Notes under the pieces: generated by a model
The model's input: only the letters and a program-made list of their open reading frames with translations
Told to the model about the DNA's origin: nothing
The model's database searches: none
Program-made: the position numbers and the translations under genes
Assembly (NCBI GenBank): GCA_007130265.1
Contig: SLST01000023.1
Span: 1 to 60,779 of the forward strand
Length of the DNA: 60,779 nucleotides
Source: Spirochaetales bacterium
GTDB taxonomy: Bacteria > Spirochaetota > Spirochaetia > DSM-27196 > SLST01
Reading direction: 5' to 3'
Part shown: positions 29,001 to 37,133 of the stretch, in pieces
Position numbering within the stretch: the first letter of the stretch is position 1
Layout: each line of letters begins with the position of its first letter

Positions 29001-30455
29001 GCCGCTCACGCGATCGTACGACACCCTCGGTCTGAGCTCGCGAATCCTTACCTCCGCGTAACGCCCGGCGAGCATCTCGACTACGAGATCGTACAGGCGG
29101 CGGTCGAGTCGGCGATAGGAAGCACAGGTGCGAATCGTGTCGTAGAGGTCGTCGACATCCCATTCATCCATCGCGGTCATGCTGACGATGACCTGGGCGA
29201 GCACGTCGAGCGGGGCTTCAGGCGGCCTCGTCTCCTCGATGTCACGGGCCAGTACGGCAATCGACATTGCCGCCGCGTCGACCATGTCGCGGCCGTAGAC
29301 CGGGTAGAGGATGCCGCGGCTGGTCTCCCCCACGCGGTGGCCTGCACGGCCGATCTGCTGCAGCGTCGATGAGACCGTGGGCGGGGTCTTCACCAGAATG
29401 ACCTCATCGAGCGCTCCGATGTCGATGCCGAGCTCGAGAGAGCTTGTCGCGACGATCGCGCGCAGGCGACCTTCCTTCAGCGCCTCCTCGACGAAGAGCC
29501 GCAGCTCGCGTGACAGCGATCCGTGGTGAGCGTAGGCAAGCGGGGAGTCGCGCCCCTCGTTGAGCATGAGCGTGATCTTCTCGGCGTGCCTGCGGGTCGT
29601 GACGAAGACCAGCGTCGACCGGTTGGCCACGATTCTCCGGTGGAGTTCCGAGGCCAGCGGCGCCCAGAACCCGTGCGCGTCCGGATCATCGGCGGCCTCG
29701 CGGTCCGGGCAGTCGACGGTGAGCTCGATCCTCTTCGTGTCGGGCGCTTCGACGATGCCGACCGACCGCGGCTGGTACCCAAGGCCGTCGTCGGCGCCGG
29801 AGAACCGGTATCCGCCGACGAACCCGGCTACGGTCTCGAGCGGTCTCACCGTCGCGGATACGGCGATGCGCTGAAACTCTCCTGCGTGGAGTACCATTCG
29901 TTCGACCGCCGTCATCAGGTGAGTCCCTCGCTTGGTCCCGATTACCGCGTGGATCTCATCGAGTATCACCGTGCGAATAGTGGCGAGCAACATGCGGGCA
30001 CGGGGAGAGCTCAGAATCAGGTTCAGGCTCTCGGGGGTTGTGATCAGGATCTCCGGTGGACGGCGCAGCATGCGCTGCCGCTCGCCGGCCGATGTGTCGC
30101 CGCTGCGCGTTGCAACGGCAATCTCAGGAAAGCACTCGCCTCGCTCCCTCGCGAGTTTCGTGAGCTCGGCGAGCGGGGTCTCCAGGTTCCGTCTGATGTC
30201 GTTGTTCAGCGCCTTCAACGGAGAGACGTAGAGCACACCCGTTTGCCCCTGTGGATAGACACCGGTCGCGAAGGCGTTCACTGCAGCGAGAAAGGCCGTG
30301 AGCGTCTTGCCGCTCCCGGTTGGAGCGGTGATGACAAGGTGCTCACCGGCGAGGATGCGAGGCCATGCCGCAGTCTGGATTGGTGTGGGAACCCCGTAGC
30401 GGCCGCGAAACCAGTCGTCGATGAGCGGGCTGAACCGAGCGCTCGCGTCGGGCAT
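26034..30455 (-). CDS. lhr: Lhr-family large ATP-dependent DNA helicase (DEAD/DEAH box, DEAD_assoc and Lhr C-terminal domain)
   Basis: PTPIQTAAWPRILAGEHLVITAPTGSGKT, DEIH box (VILDEIHAV), SAT (VSATVRP), HHGSLSRELR, QQIGRAGHR; 1473 aa. Start at the MPDASARFSPL ATG at 30455, preceded by GGGAGAG. Confidence 0.92.
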   Translation of the reverse strand: MPDASARFSPLIDDWFRGRYGVPTPIQTAAWPRILAGEHLVITAPTGSGKTLTAFLAAVNAFATGVYPQGQTGVLYVSPLKALNNDIRRNLETPLAELTKLARERGECFPEIAVATRSGDTSAGERQRMLRRPPEILITTPESLNLILSSPRARMLLATIRTVILDEIHAVIGTKRGTHLMTAVERMVLHAGEFQRIAVSATVRPLETVAGFVGGYRFSGADDGLGYQPRSVGIVEAPDTKRIELTVDCPDREAADDPDAHGFWAPLASELHRRIVANRSTLVFVTTRRHAEKITLMLNEGRDSPLAYAHHGSLSRELRLFVEEALKEGRLRAIVATSSLELGIDIGALDEVILVKTPPTVSSTLQQIGRAGHRVGETSRGILYPVYGRDMVDAAAMSIAVLARDIEETRPPEAPLDVLAQVIVSMTAMDEWDVDDLYDTIRTCASYRRLDRRLYDLVVEMLAGRYAEVRIRELRPRVSYDRVSGRIAAREGSAMLLYRSGGTIPDRGYYTMRMLGGGLVGELDEEFVWERRVGDTFLLGSQAWTIRQITERDVVVSSAHPGARAVPFWRAEAKGRDAHYALRRLDFLRVCEEAIARNALGSLLTEIGHLTSRMTAELTRFLLSQREATGCALPHRTHIVVECVLASPHQVIVHTGWGGKVNEPLALALAALWEREYGTPIELQADNDCLAATLPPGSSASHLFAADHCRKLLRRDALEALLRERLEGSARFGALFRENAGRALLLPRPGFSTRMPLWLNRVKSKKLLASTAALSDFPILIETWRSCLSEEFDLPALRAYLEEIDTGAIALSYCETTAASPFAADTVWRETNRLMYQDDSLSSQSRSSLSEELIRSVALTEDMRPLIPHSTVEQTTARLKRLEPGYAPGGPDELLDWITERIAVPADEVAALELAVGRDHGEEAWSIKGLEDRFLWIESTGEWFLATRNRLPSLRALYPSARVHEIAEPFSNPPRETEGREMDDAFGGNETSRPTAQEALLEMLRFFGPIPETDGARRFGIAANLWRDCIAELSDARLVVLGEISEGAETAEVCDVETLEYLLRTRRAAARGHFDPVESDALVPLFAATTMLAGSRGTPESLTEILDVLFGYPAPAGSWESDILPARLSAYHPVWLDGLFGEHDLVWLGCGSQKICFSLTDEIDLYRSFSQPEDGPAATAADLNSDPWAQAWEGSATTRTYRTVRRGIRSRFAVPTEDTDQQESTPAPPRWPGARGRRGRQRSAMRSHRRRTPHPLDEWQPLEPPEPRDPITAHEEDRERARTLIERYGVVFRELVDREGGAFSWGRIFRALRIMELAGECICGRFVRGVAAPQFAEPRSLEALKTAASTDRIVWMSAVDPASPCGLGLGDAFPDLPTRMPGSHLVFRGRSLIATSRRNGRDLTILVDVDDPDLDRCFDPLHNLVSRSWNPLPRVSVETINGIPARHSPFAAALRAAGFRYEHTRYVLEAPYR

Positions 30456-30460
30456 CGGTG

Positions 30461-30706
30461 CTACTCTCCCGTGTAGGCGGCCAGATCGTCCGGGTAGAGC
30501 TGTTCGAGGTAGTAGCGGGTGACGTGCTCGTTGCGCGTCTCTTCGTTCGAGACTCGTCGGACCCGGTACGCGAGCATCCTGACGGTGGGCACCGGAACTT
30601 GAAGCGGACGTCCGGAGACGTCGACGAGCTCGTTGAAACGCAGCTGCCAGTCGATCTCCTGAGTGTCTCCTTCGGGGTAGACGAGCAGTCGGGTGTCGTA
30701 CTTCAT
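30461..30706 (-). CDS. Small hypothetical protein (81 aa) immediately upstream of lhr
   Basis: MKYDTRLLVYPEGDTQEIDWQLRF... has GC3-rich codon usage like its neighbours and AGAGG 3-4 nt upstream. Its stop is 5 nt before the lhr ATG, and the lhr SD is embedded in its 3' end. Confidence 0.55.
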   Translation of the reverse strand: MKYDTRLLVYPEGDTQEIDWQLRFNELVDVSGRPLQVPVPTVRMLAYRVRRVSNEETRNEHVTRYYLEQLYPDDLAAYTGE

Positions 30707-30720
30707 GAGCCTCTGGGCCG

Positions 30721-30749
30721 ATTGTGCCCGAAGCCGATGATCGAATCAA
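30721..30749 (-). promoter_or_regulatory. Candidate promoter for the small-ORF/lhr operon (TTGATT-N17-CACAAT on the minus strand)
   Basis: -35 is the reverse complement of 30744-30749 and -10 the reverse complement of 30721-30726, 14 nt upstream of the ATG at 30706. Confidence 0.35.
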
Positions 30750-30767
30750 CCGATCGAACTCCCGTGA

Positions 30768-30796
30768 TTGAACTCGGGCTACGTATCATGGATAAT
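30768..30796 (+). promoter_or_regulatory. Candidate promoter of the diguanylate cyclase operon (TTGAAC-N17-GATAAT)
   Basis: -35 at 30768-30773 and -10 at 30791-30796. The leader contains GGAGGTGG 6 nt before the TTG start at 30874. Confidence 0.45.
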
Positions 30797-30873
30797 CAGC
30801 GACGTGACTATCGACCCTGATTCGCGGTGCCGCCCGGCTCGAACACCGGAGGCTACCGTCCGGAGGTGGACTC

Positions 30874-32604
30874 TTGGCCGCGCTCTCTGACAGTATCCAG
30901 GCTCGGCTGCGCGAGCTCGCCGAGACGTTCATCGCCGAGCTGCCGAGCCGCATGCAGGATATCAGCGACACCGCGCGAGGAACACTCAGCGACGGCGAGA
31001 GCACGCGGGATCTTCATATGCTCCGCCATCACACACACAAACTGGCCGGGTCAGCAGCGACGTTCGGGTTTCATCTAGTGACCTCGTGTGCGAAGAGGTT
31101 GGAGCATGTGCTCGACGCGGTCATCGAGCAGGGCGAACGGCCCGACGAGGCGCAGCGCCACGACATTCGGATGCTGGTCAGCGAGCTCGCGGAAGCGGCG
31201 CGATTGAAGCGTACGGACAGCTCTCCGCCCGCTGCGAAGGCTTCCGTGACGGCTTCCGCGGATGGACAGGCTGAGATCGCAGAGCTCGAGGAGCTCTGCG
31301 ATGCGGGCGAGCCGGCCGAGAGCGCCCCGACGGTCGGACGACCCAAAGCCGAGGAACGTCGTGTCGTGGTCCTTCTGTTGCGCTCGCTCGAAGCTGGCGA
31401 GGCGCTCGGCGAGCGGTTTGCGTTTTATGGGTTCGAGACGACGGTGCTCGCGGATCCCGGGGACCTGATCGGGTCACTCTGTTCGGGCTGCCACACGGCG
31501 CTCGTCATGGACGTCGACTTCATCGAGCGGGACCCGACGGTCGCAGAGGATCTTCACGCCCTCGTCTCGTCGTCGGAGGGCAAGCTGCACGTGATCTACG
31601 TGTCGGATCGGGACGACTTTTCGATCCGGCTGCTCGCCGTGCGTACGGCCGGCACCGCGTTCTTCAGCTCTCCCCTGGACGTGACGCGGGTGATCGACGC
31701 TGTTGACGGGGTGACCTCCGGAGGCGCGGGTGAGCCGTATCACATCATGATCGTAGACGATGACGCCGAGCAGGTCTCGTACTACGCGCTCCTGTTGCAG
31801 CGCGCAGGGATGATCACCTCCGTCGTATCCGAGCCGAGACAGCTGTTCGCCGTCCTGATCGAGTCGAAGCCCGATCTGATTCTAATGGACATGTACATGC
31901 CCGGTTGTAGCGGGCCCGAACTCGCCACGGTGATCCGTCAGCAGGAGGCGTTTGTCGGGGTCCCCATCGTCTTTCTCTCCGTGGAGACAGACGAGGACAA
32001 GCAGTTTGAGGCGGTCAGCCGCGGTGGCGACGGATTTCTCTGCAAGCCGATTCGTCCGGAGCATCTGGTGACGGCGGTAGCCAATCGAGTGGAGCGGACT
32101 CGGAGCATGCGCTTCTTCATGGAACGAGATTCACTGACGGGGCTGCTGAACCATACACATCTGATGGAGAATCTCTCGAATGAGGTGCAGCGGGCCGAAC
32201 GCGTCGGCCGCCCACTCTGTTTTGTCATGATCGACTTAGACCACTTCAAGCGGGTAAACGATACCTTCGGGCACCTCACCGGAGACCGCGTGTTGAAGAC
32301 TCTCGCGCGGATGCTCACCGAGCGGTTGCGGAAGACTGATGTGGTTGGGCGCTACGGCGGCGAGGAGTTCGGGATAGTAATGTTCAACGTGGATGTCGAA
32401 AACGCGACTCGCATTGTCAATGCGATTCGCGAGGACTTCGCCGCGATCGAGCACGAGGCGGGGGAGCGTCGGTTCTCGGTTACCTTGTCCGGCGGTATCG
32501 CGGCGTTTCCAGCCCATGACGGCCCCGGGCCGATCAGCGAAGCCGCCGATCGCGCACTCTACCTCGCGAAGGAGCAGGGCCGAAACAGGGTGGTTTCGCT
32601 GTGA
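30874..32604 (+). CDS. Hpt / REC-like / REC / GGDEF diguanylate cyclase
   Basis: Hpt HHTHKLAGSAATFGF; a degenerate receiver (VVVLLLRS...ALVMDVDF); a canonical receiver (IMIVDDD...LILMDMYMPGCSG...FLCKPI); GGDEF domain DSLTGLLNH...GRYGGEEF with I-site RKTD exactly 5 residues upstream of GGEEF. TTG start. Confidence 0.9.
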   Translation: MAALSDSIQARLRELAETFIAELPSRMQDISDTARGTLSDGESTRDLHMLRHHTHKLAGSAATFGFHLVTSCAKRLEHVLDAVIEQGERPDEAQRHDIRMLVSELAEAARLKRTDSSPPAAKASVTASADGQAEIAELEELCDAGEPAESAPTVGRPKAEERRVVVLLLRSLEAGEALGERFAFYGFETTVLADPGDLIGSLCSGCHTALVMDVDFIERDPTVAEDLHALVSSSEGKLHVIYVSDRDDFSIRLLAVRTAGTAFFSSPLDVTRVIDAVDGVTSGGAGEPYHIMIVDDDAEQVSYYALLLQRAGMITSVVSEPRQLFAVLIESKPDLILMDMYMPGCSGPELATVIRQQEAFVGVPIVFLSVETDEDKQFEAVSRGGDGFLCKPIRPEHLVTAVANRVERTRSMRFFMERDSLTGLLNHTHLMENLSNEVQRAERVGRPLCFVMIDLDHFKRVNDTFGHLTGDRVLKTLARMLTERLRKTDVVGRYGGEEFGIVMFNVDVENATRIVNAIREDFAAIEHEAGERRFSVTLSGGIAAFPAHDGPGPISEAADRALYLAKEQGRNRVVSL

Positions 32605-32617
32605 ACGGACCGGGACG

Positions 32618-33388
32618 ATGAAGAGGAAGATACGAGGAACCGCCGATCGGGTCGTCGCCGTGCTCGAAACCTGGGACGAGGTGGTCGCCGTGGGGCTCAC
32701 CACAGCCGGCGATGACCGATACGACCCGTATTTTTCGATGAGTTTCGACGTGTACGTTGGTGGCGAGGTGCGAAGCGTTTGCGAGCGCGAAGGGGCGTTC
32801 GGTGACATCGGCGCGTTCGAGAGCTCGCTGCTTACCGCGAAGGACCGGTTCCTGATGGATGACCTGCCGGTGCGCCTCGAGTACAAGCGAACCTCGCGAT
32901 TCGACGATCTCGTGTCCAGTGCCGCCCGCGGCGAGTGCACGCTTCGCGACGGGGGGACCTACGCTTTTCGTCGTGTCGTGGACTCTGACGTCCTGCTCGC
33001 GCGCAACCGATGGTTCGAGACCGCACGCGACGCGCTGAAGGATCTGCCGGACCGTTTCTGGACTCAGTTGCACGCGATGCAGCAGGCGACCGTCGAGCAC
33101 CTGTATATGGACCTCTCGGCAGCAGCGATGCGCGATGACGACTTCTACTTCGTCGCGTCGGCCGGCGCCTTTCTCACGCAGCTGTGCTCGCTGCTGTTCA
33201 CCGTGAACCGTACGTTCGAGCCGTCGCCTCGGACGCTCCATGGCGCGGTTCTCAAGCTGGACACGATTCCGGACTCCTTCCCCGCGAACCTCGAGAGTTT
33301 CGTCCGCCAGGACGCCGATTTGTCGATGGGCCAGCGACAGGAGCTTGCTGAGCTCATGGTTACGAGTGTACTCTCGCTGAAGCCATGA
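32618..33388 (+). CDS. Hypothetical protein, possibly a degenerate nucleotidyltransferase-fold/DUF4037-like protein
   Basis: 256 aa. VVAVGLTTAGDDRYDPYFSMSFDVYV resembles an NTase hG[GS]..D.D segment but lacks a clear Asp pair; the C-terminal half is helical. It lies 13 nt after the cyclase stop and its stop overlaps the next start (ATGA). Confidence 0.6.
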   Translation: MKRKIRGTADRVVAVLETWDEVVAVGLTTAGDDRYDPYFSMSFDVYVGGEVRSVCEREGAFGDIGAFESSLLTAKDRFLMDDLPVRLEYKRTSRFDDLVSSAARGECTLRDGGTYAFRRVVDSDVLLARNRWFETARDALKDLPDRFWTQLHAMQQATVEHLYMDLSAAAMRDDDFYFVASAGAFLTQLCSLLFTVNRTFEPSPRTLHGAVLKLDTIPDSFPANLESFVRQDADLSMGQRQELAELMVTSVLSLKP

Positions 33389-35091
33389 AACTTTTCGTGA
33401 TCCTACTCCTTGCCGTGCTTCTTGCCGGGTGTCGTAGTGCTTTCGAGCTCTTTCCTTTCCGCGTCGACTCAACGGGCGGTGGCCATGTGTACGCCATGTA
33501 CCATCGGCGCGGATCGAGTCGCGATGGAGAGGGCGTGCTCGTGCCCGGGGGAACGCCCATTCGTCTTGAGCTGCGCGATCCGGTCGCGCTTCCGGGTGCC
33601 GAGCCGACGCTCCTCGTGTCCTTCGGACGTCTTCCGGTCGGAGTCTTTCTGACGGTACACGGAGAGCGTGATGCGACACTCGCTCGGTTCGTGCCTGCTG
33701 ACGGGCTTGCTCTGGGGAATCCAGGGCAACCGGTAGAGATCGCCCTGCCTCTGCCGACCGGAAGCACCGTCTCCGGCTTCACATTCGAGATCGGCGAAGT
33801 CGCTCCGGCACCGGTTCGCCTGGCCGGGCTCTCGGTCGGCCAAGCTCCCGCGGGGGTCGGTCAACGAGGGGCAGATCGCCTCTGGTACGCCTCTGCCGGA
33901 GTTCGTGTTGAGCGATGGGAGGCGGGTAGCCCCGGCGTCTGGGCGATCGATCGAAGCGACGCCGCTGCGTGGGACGATACCCACCCGGTCGAGATTCGCT
34001 ACGTTTTCGAGCCGGAGCCCCTCTCGCACGAGAAGATGCTCGGCGGCGTGTCGGTTCCGAGCGCGACGCTTCGCGTCGGCGACCGGGAGTTCCGGCTCGA
34101 CCTCCGGCCGGGGTCACAGCGGGTAGTCCTGTACCCGCAGACCGAAGGGGTTCGCGTTGCCCGCATCACTCTCGAATCGGAGCATCCGGGGCTGCGCCTC
34201 GAGTGGGCGGGGCCGCTCAGAGACGGCGACGGTCCATTGCCCGCCGCTCTTCCTGCGGACCTTGGGACGGTGCTTCGCTTTCCTCCGCACGAGTGGCGGC
34301 AGGCGGACTTCGAGCTGTTCAGCTGGACTCTCTATCCGGAGATTCTGATCCTCGACTCTGCGTCATATGAGGTTCAGTCGAGATTCTTCCGTCGTCTCGC
34401 ATTCTTTGTGGAGAAGGTCGGGTACCGCGGCACGCTCCTCACCGATGAAGAACTCGCCCGCAGGCACGGCTACAACGCCCACAACTACAATGGTCGGGGC
34501 CTTGCAGACTTCTACAACGCCGCGGACAAGACAGGCTTTGCGCTCAACGATGAGGAAGAACAGCTGCGGGAGATCGCGCTCGCGCACGGGATCATCAGAG
34601 AGTCGAGCGCGGGATATGTCGCGGGGGTTGGCGGTGTCCTTGGCGTTTCGCAGCAGTCGCTCGCCATTCCGACGCTCCGAGACCTGCTCATCTCGCACGA
34701 GGCGTACCACGGTGTTTACTACGTCGAGCCCGAGTTCATCGCAGCCGTCGATCGCATCTGGGACGCGCTGGATGACGAGCAGCGGCGTTACTGGTATCTA
34801 CTGCTCTCCGGATACCGCTACGATATCGCCGACGAGTACCTGGTGCGCAACGAATACCACGCGTATCTTCTACAGCAACCGGTGGCTTCTGCCGGATGGT
34901 ACTTCGAGACACGAATGGCAGAGCGAATCGCGAGGTGGCATCCGGATCAAGCCGGTTGGCTCGACCGCTACCTGTCGCAGTATCGGGGATCGCATCGCCG
35001 TCAGGCGGCAGAGGTTCAGGCGGCACTCTTCTCGATCACCGGGCTCGCAGCCCGGAGTGTCTACTGCCTCACGCCGGTAGACCCCGGATAG
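33385..35091 (+). CDS. Lipoprotein of unknown function with an HExxH motif
   Basis: Lipobox LLLAVLLAGC. 568 aa with no family I recognise. SHEAYHG (HExxH) sits in the C-terminal third, followed by NEYHAY. Confidence 0.7.
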   Translation: MKLFVILLLAVLLAGCRSAFELFPFRVDSTGGGHVYAMYHRRGSSRDGEGVLVPGGTPIRLELRDPVALPGAEPTLLVSFGRLPVGVFLTVHGERDATLARFVPADGLALGNPGQPVEIALPLPTGSTVSGFTFEIGEVAPAPVRLAGLSVGQAPAGVGQRGADRLWYASAGVRVERWEAGSPGVWAIDRSDAAAWDDTHPVEIRYVFEPEPLSHEKMLGGVSVPSATLRVGDREFRLDLRPGSQRVVLYPQTEGVRVARITLESEHPGLRLEWAGPLRDGDGPLPAALPADLGTVLRFPPHEWRQADFELFSWTLYPEILILDSASYEVQSRFFRRLAFFVEKVGYRGTLLTDEELARRHGYNAHNYNGRGLADFYNAADKTGFALNDEEEQLREIALAHGIIRESSAGYVAGVGGVLGVSQQSLAIPTLRDLLISHEAYHGVYYVEPEFIAAVDRIWDALDDEQRRYWYLLLSGYRYDIADEYLVRNEYHAYLLQQPVASAGWYFETRMAERIARWHPDQAGWLDRYLSQYRGSHRRQAAEVQAALFSITGLAARSVYCLTPVDPG

Positions 35092-35505
35092 TCAGATCAC
35101 GTAGTCGGCTTGACGATCGCGGCTGCTCTTCTCGCGCATGAGGTCGCCGAGCGAGAGGTTGAGCGCCTTTCGCAGACTCCGTTCTATCTCGTCCCAGAAG
35201 AAGCCGAGCACGCCGTCGCGGCGAGACTCCGCGGCGACCTCGAGCTTTCCTTCGAGCCGGGAGAGCACATCGAGAACCGAAATCGAGTCCGGGTCCTGCG
35301 CGAGCGCGTACCCTCCCTGAGCTCCGCGGAAACTCTCGACGAAGCCTGCCTTCTTGAGGACGACGAGTATCTGCTCGAGGTAGTGTTGCGGTATGCCATG
35401 CCGCACGGCGATATCACGGATCTGAACCGATCCCTTGTTCCGGTTGAGACCGAGCTCCATGAGGGCGGTTAGTCCGTATGTTCCCTTTGCCGAAAGCGTA
35501 AACAC
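35092..35505 (-). CDS. Rrf2-family transcriptional regulator (no Fe-S cluster cysteines)
   Basis: LSAKGTYGLTALMELGL...VQIRDIAVRHGIPQHYLEQILVVLKKAGFVESFRGAQGGYALA. The GTG at 35505 has GAAGGA 7 nt upstream and gives the family-typical N-terminus. No Cys residues downstream of the wHTH. Confidence 0.85.
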   Translation of the reverse strand: MFTLSAKGTYGLTALMELGLNRNKGSVQIRDIAVRHGIPQHYLEQILVVLKKAGFVESFRGAQGGYALAQDPDSISVLDVLSRLEGKLEVAAESRRDGVLGFFWDEIERSLRKALNLSLGDLMREKSSRDRQADYVI

Positions 35506-35563
35506 GGCAGATCCTTCTCGTATGCAAGAGTCGAGTTGAACATAATCCACCTGTCCGGGTCGG

Positions 35564-37009
35564 TCAACGCGCGGTCTCGACGAGTCCGGGCGGCCGCCCG
35601 CAATCGATCCGGCCGTTCCACGGTCCCCAGCGGTGAACGCGCAACGCTCCGTCGCGGATGAGCCTCGTAACCAGTTCCACCCGAGCCTGCTGCGACCACT
35701 CGAGCGGCAGCTCGAGTGCGAGCCTTCGGGGTGTGACCATGCGCCTGTGCCGCCGTGCAGATTTCAGGGTGACCTCATTCGCCGTGATTATGCCGCGACG
35801 CGCCTCTACTATCGAGGTTTCCTCAGGCTCGCATCTGTCGCACCCGAAACACATCTGCGGTTCGGCCCCCAATGCCCGCAGGAGATACGCACGTCGGCAA
35901 TCGGTCGTTCGCAGGTACCCGCGCATGTCCCTTTCCCTGAGCGCCCTGGTGGGATCGCGTTCGCGCGGTGGATCGCCGGAGTTCCACAGCACTATGCTAT
36001 GCGCCGGGAGCCGATCGCGCCCGGCGCGCCCGGACTCCTGCAGGAACGCCTCGACGCTCGAAGGCAGCTCGTAATGGATGACCGTTCGTATATTCGGCTT
36101 GTCCACGCCCATGCCGTATGCGCACGTCGCGGCGAGCACGCCTCGGGCGGCGGCGAAGAACCACGCTTCGATCCCCGCGCGCTCTTCGGCGTTGAGCCCG
36201 GCGTGGTATGCCGCGCAGTGTTCGAATCCGACGAGAGGTGCGAGGTCACGAGCCACGCCTTCACACCTCTTTCTCGAACGGCAGAAGACGATCGCCGGTT
36301 GTCTCACGCCGCAGCGCAGGAGCTCGTGTAGCGCCCCTTCCTTCGAGTGCGCGTGGACGACGCTGTAGGAGATGCTGGGGCGGTCCGGGTCTCCGAGCAC
36401 GAGGTGTGGCCTGCGGTCGCCGAACAATTCCCGGCACATCGACTCAAGTACCGTGTGTGAGGCGGTAGCCGTGAACGCCGTGACGACCCGGGGGTGGATG
36501 AGCCGTATCGTCTCTGCGAGCGTGAGGTACGCAGGCCTGAACGTCGTTCCCCATTCGCTGACGCAGTGCGCCTCGTCGATGACGAGATGCGCGACATCGA
36601 CGGAGCCGAGCTCCTGCCTTACCCGGGATCCCGAAAGCACCTCGGGATTCGTGAGCAGGCATCCTGCACGGCCCTGCCGTACCTCGGCGTAGATTGCTTC
36701 CCGTTCGGCGGCACTCTGCCCTCCGCGCAGGACCCGAGCCGTGACACCCGACTCGCGCACTCGACGCGCCTGGTCGTCGATCAGCGCCAAGAGCGGATAG
36801 ACCACGACGGTCACCCCTTCGAGGACGAGCATCGGCAGCGTGAAGCAGAGCGTCTTGCCGCTCCCGGTGGGCAGCACAACCACCTGGAACCGGTTCTCTT
36901 CGTCCGCGTCAAGCGTGTTTCCGACGACGAGACGCTGGTACGGGTAGAGGTACGAGACGCCAAGCGACTGCTGCGCGAGATTGGCGATCGGGTCGGGGTT
37001 TGCATCCAT
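35564..37009 (-). CDS. recQ: RecQ-family ATP-dependent DNA helicase (short form, no HRDC)
   Basis: LYPYQRLVV, LPTGSGKTLCF, DEAHCVSEWGTTFRPAY, zinc-binding CRRAYLL...CFGCDRC. Start at MDANPDP (37009). Confidence 0.88.
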   Translation of the reverse strand: MDANPDPIANLAQQSLGVSYLYPYQRLVVGNTLDADEENRFQVVVLPTGSGKTLCFTLPMLVLEGVTVVVYPLLALIDDQARRVRESGVTARVLRGGQSAAEREAIYAEVRQGRAGCLLTNPEVLSGSRVRQELGSVDVAHLVIDEAHCVSEWGTTFRPAYLTLAETIRLIHPRVVTAFTATASHTVLESMCRELFGDRRPHLVLGDPDRPSISYSVVHAHSKEGALHELLRCGVRQPAIVFCRSRKRCEGVARDLAPLVGFEHCAAYHAGLNAEERAGIEAWFFAAARGVLAATCAYGMGVDKPNIRTVIHYELPSSVEAFLQESGRAGRDRLPAHSIVLWNSGDPPRERDPTRALRERDMRGYLRTTDCRRAYLLRALGAEPQMCFGCDRCEPEETSIVEARRGIITANEVTLKSARRHRRMVTPRRLALELPLEWSQQARVELVTRLIRDGALRVHRWGPWNGRIDCGRPPGLVETAR

Positions 37010-37087
37010 ACACCTGATACGCTGCGAACGTTCCGGGCGCTTCACAACTCGAACAGCAGCTCGCGGCGCCGGCACCGCGGGGCGACG

Positions 37088-37116
37088 TTGCAGAAGCCTT
37101 CGCTCCGTGGTAGGAA
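37088..37116 (+). promoter_or_regulatory. Weak candidate promoter of the sulfatase gene (TTGCAG-N17-TGgTAGGAA)
   Basis: -35 at 37088-37093 and an extended -10-like element at 37108-37116. GGGGG SD lies 7 nt before the ATG at 37134. Confidence 0.3.
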
Positions 37117-37133
37117 TGGCTTGGGGGTTCACC

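Noticed and set aside
30456-30749. An N-terminal extension of Lhr to 30749, and the plus-strand 120-aa ORF 30458-30820.
   Set aside because: The Lhr family N-terminus (FSPLIDDWF...PTPIQ) starts at the ATG at 30455, which has a good SD. The extension is an Arg-rich alternate frame of the 81-aa ORF. The plus-strand ORF is antisense with poor composition.
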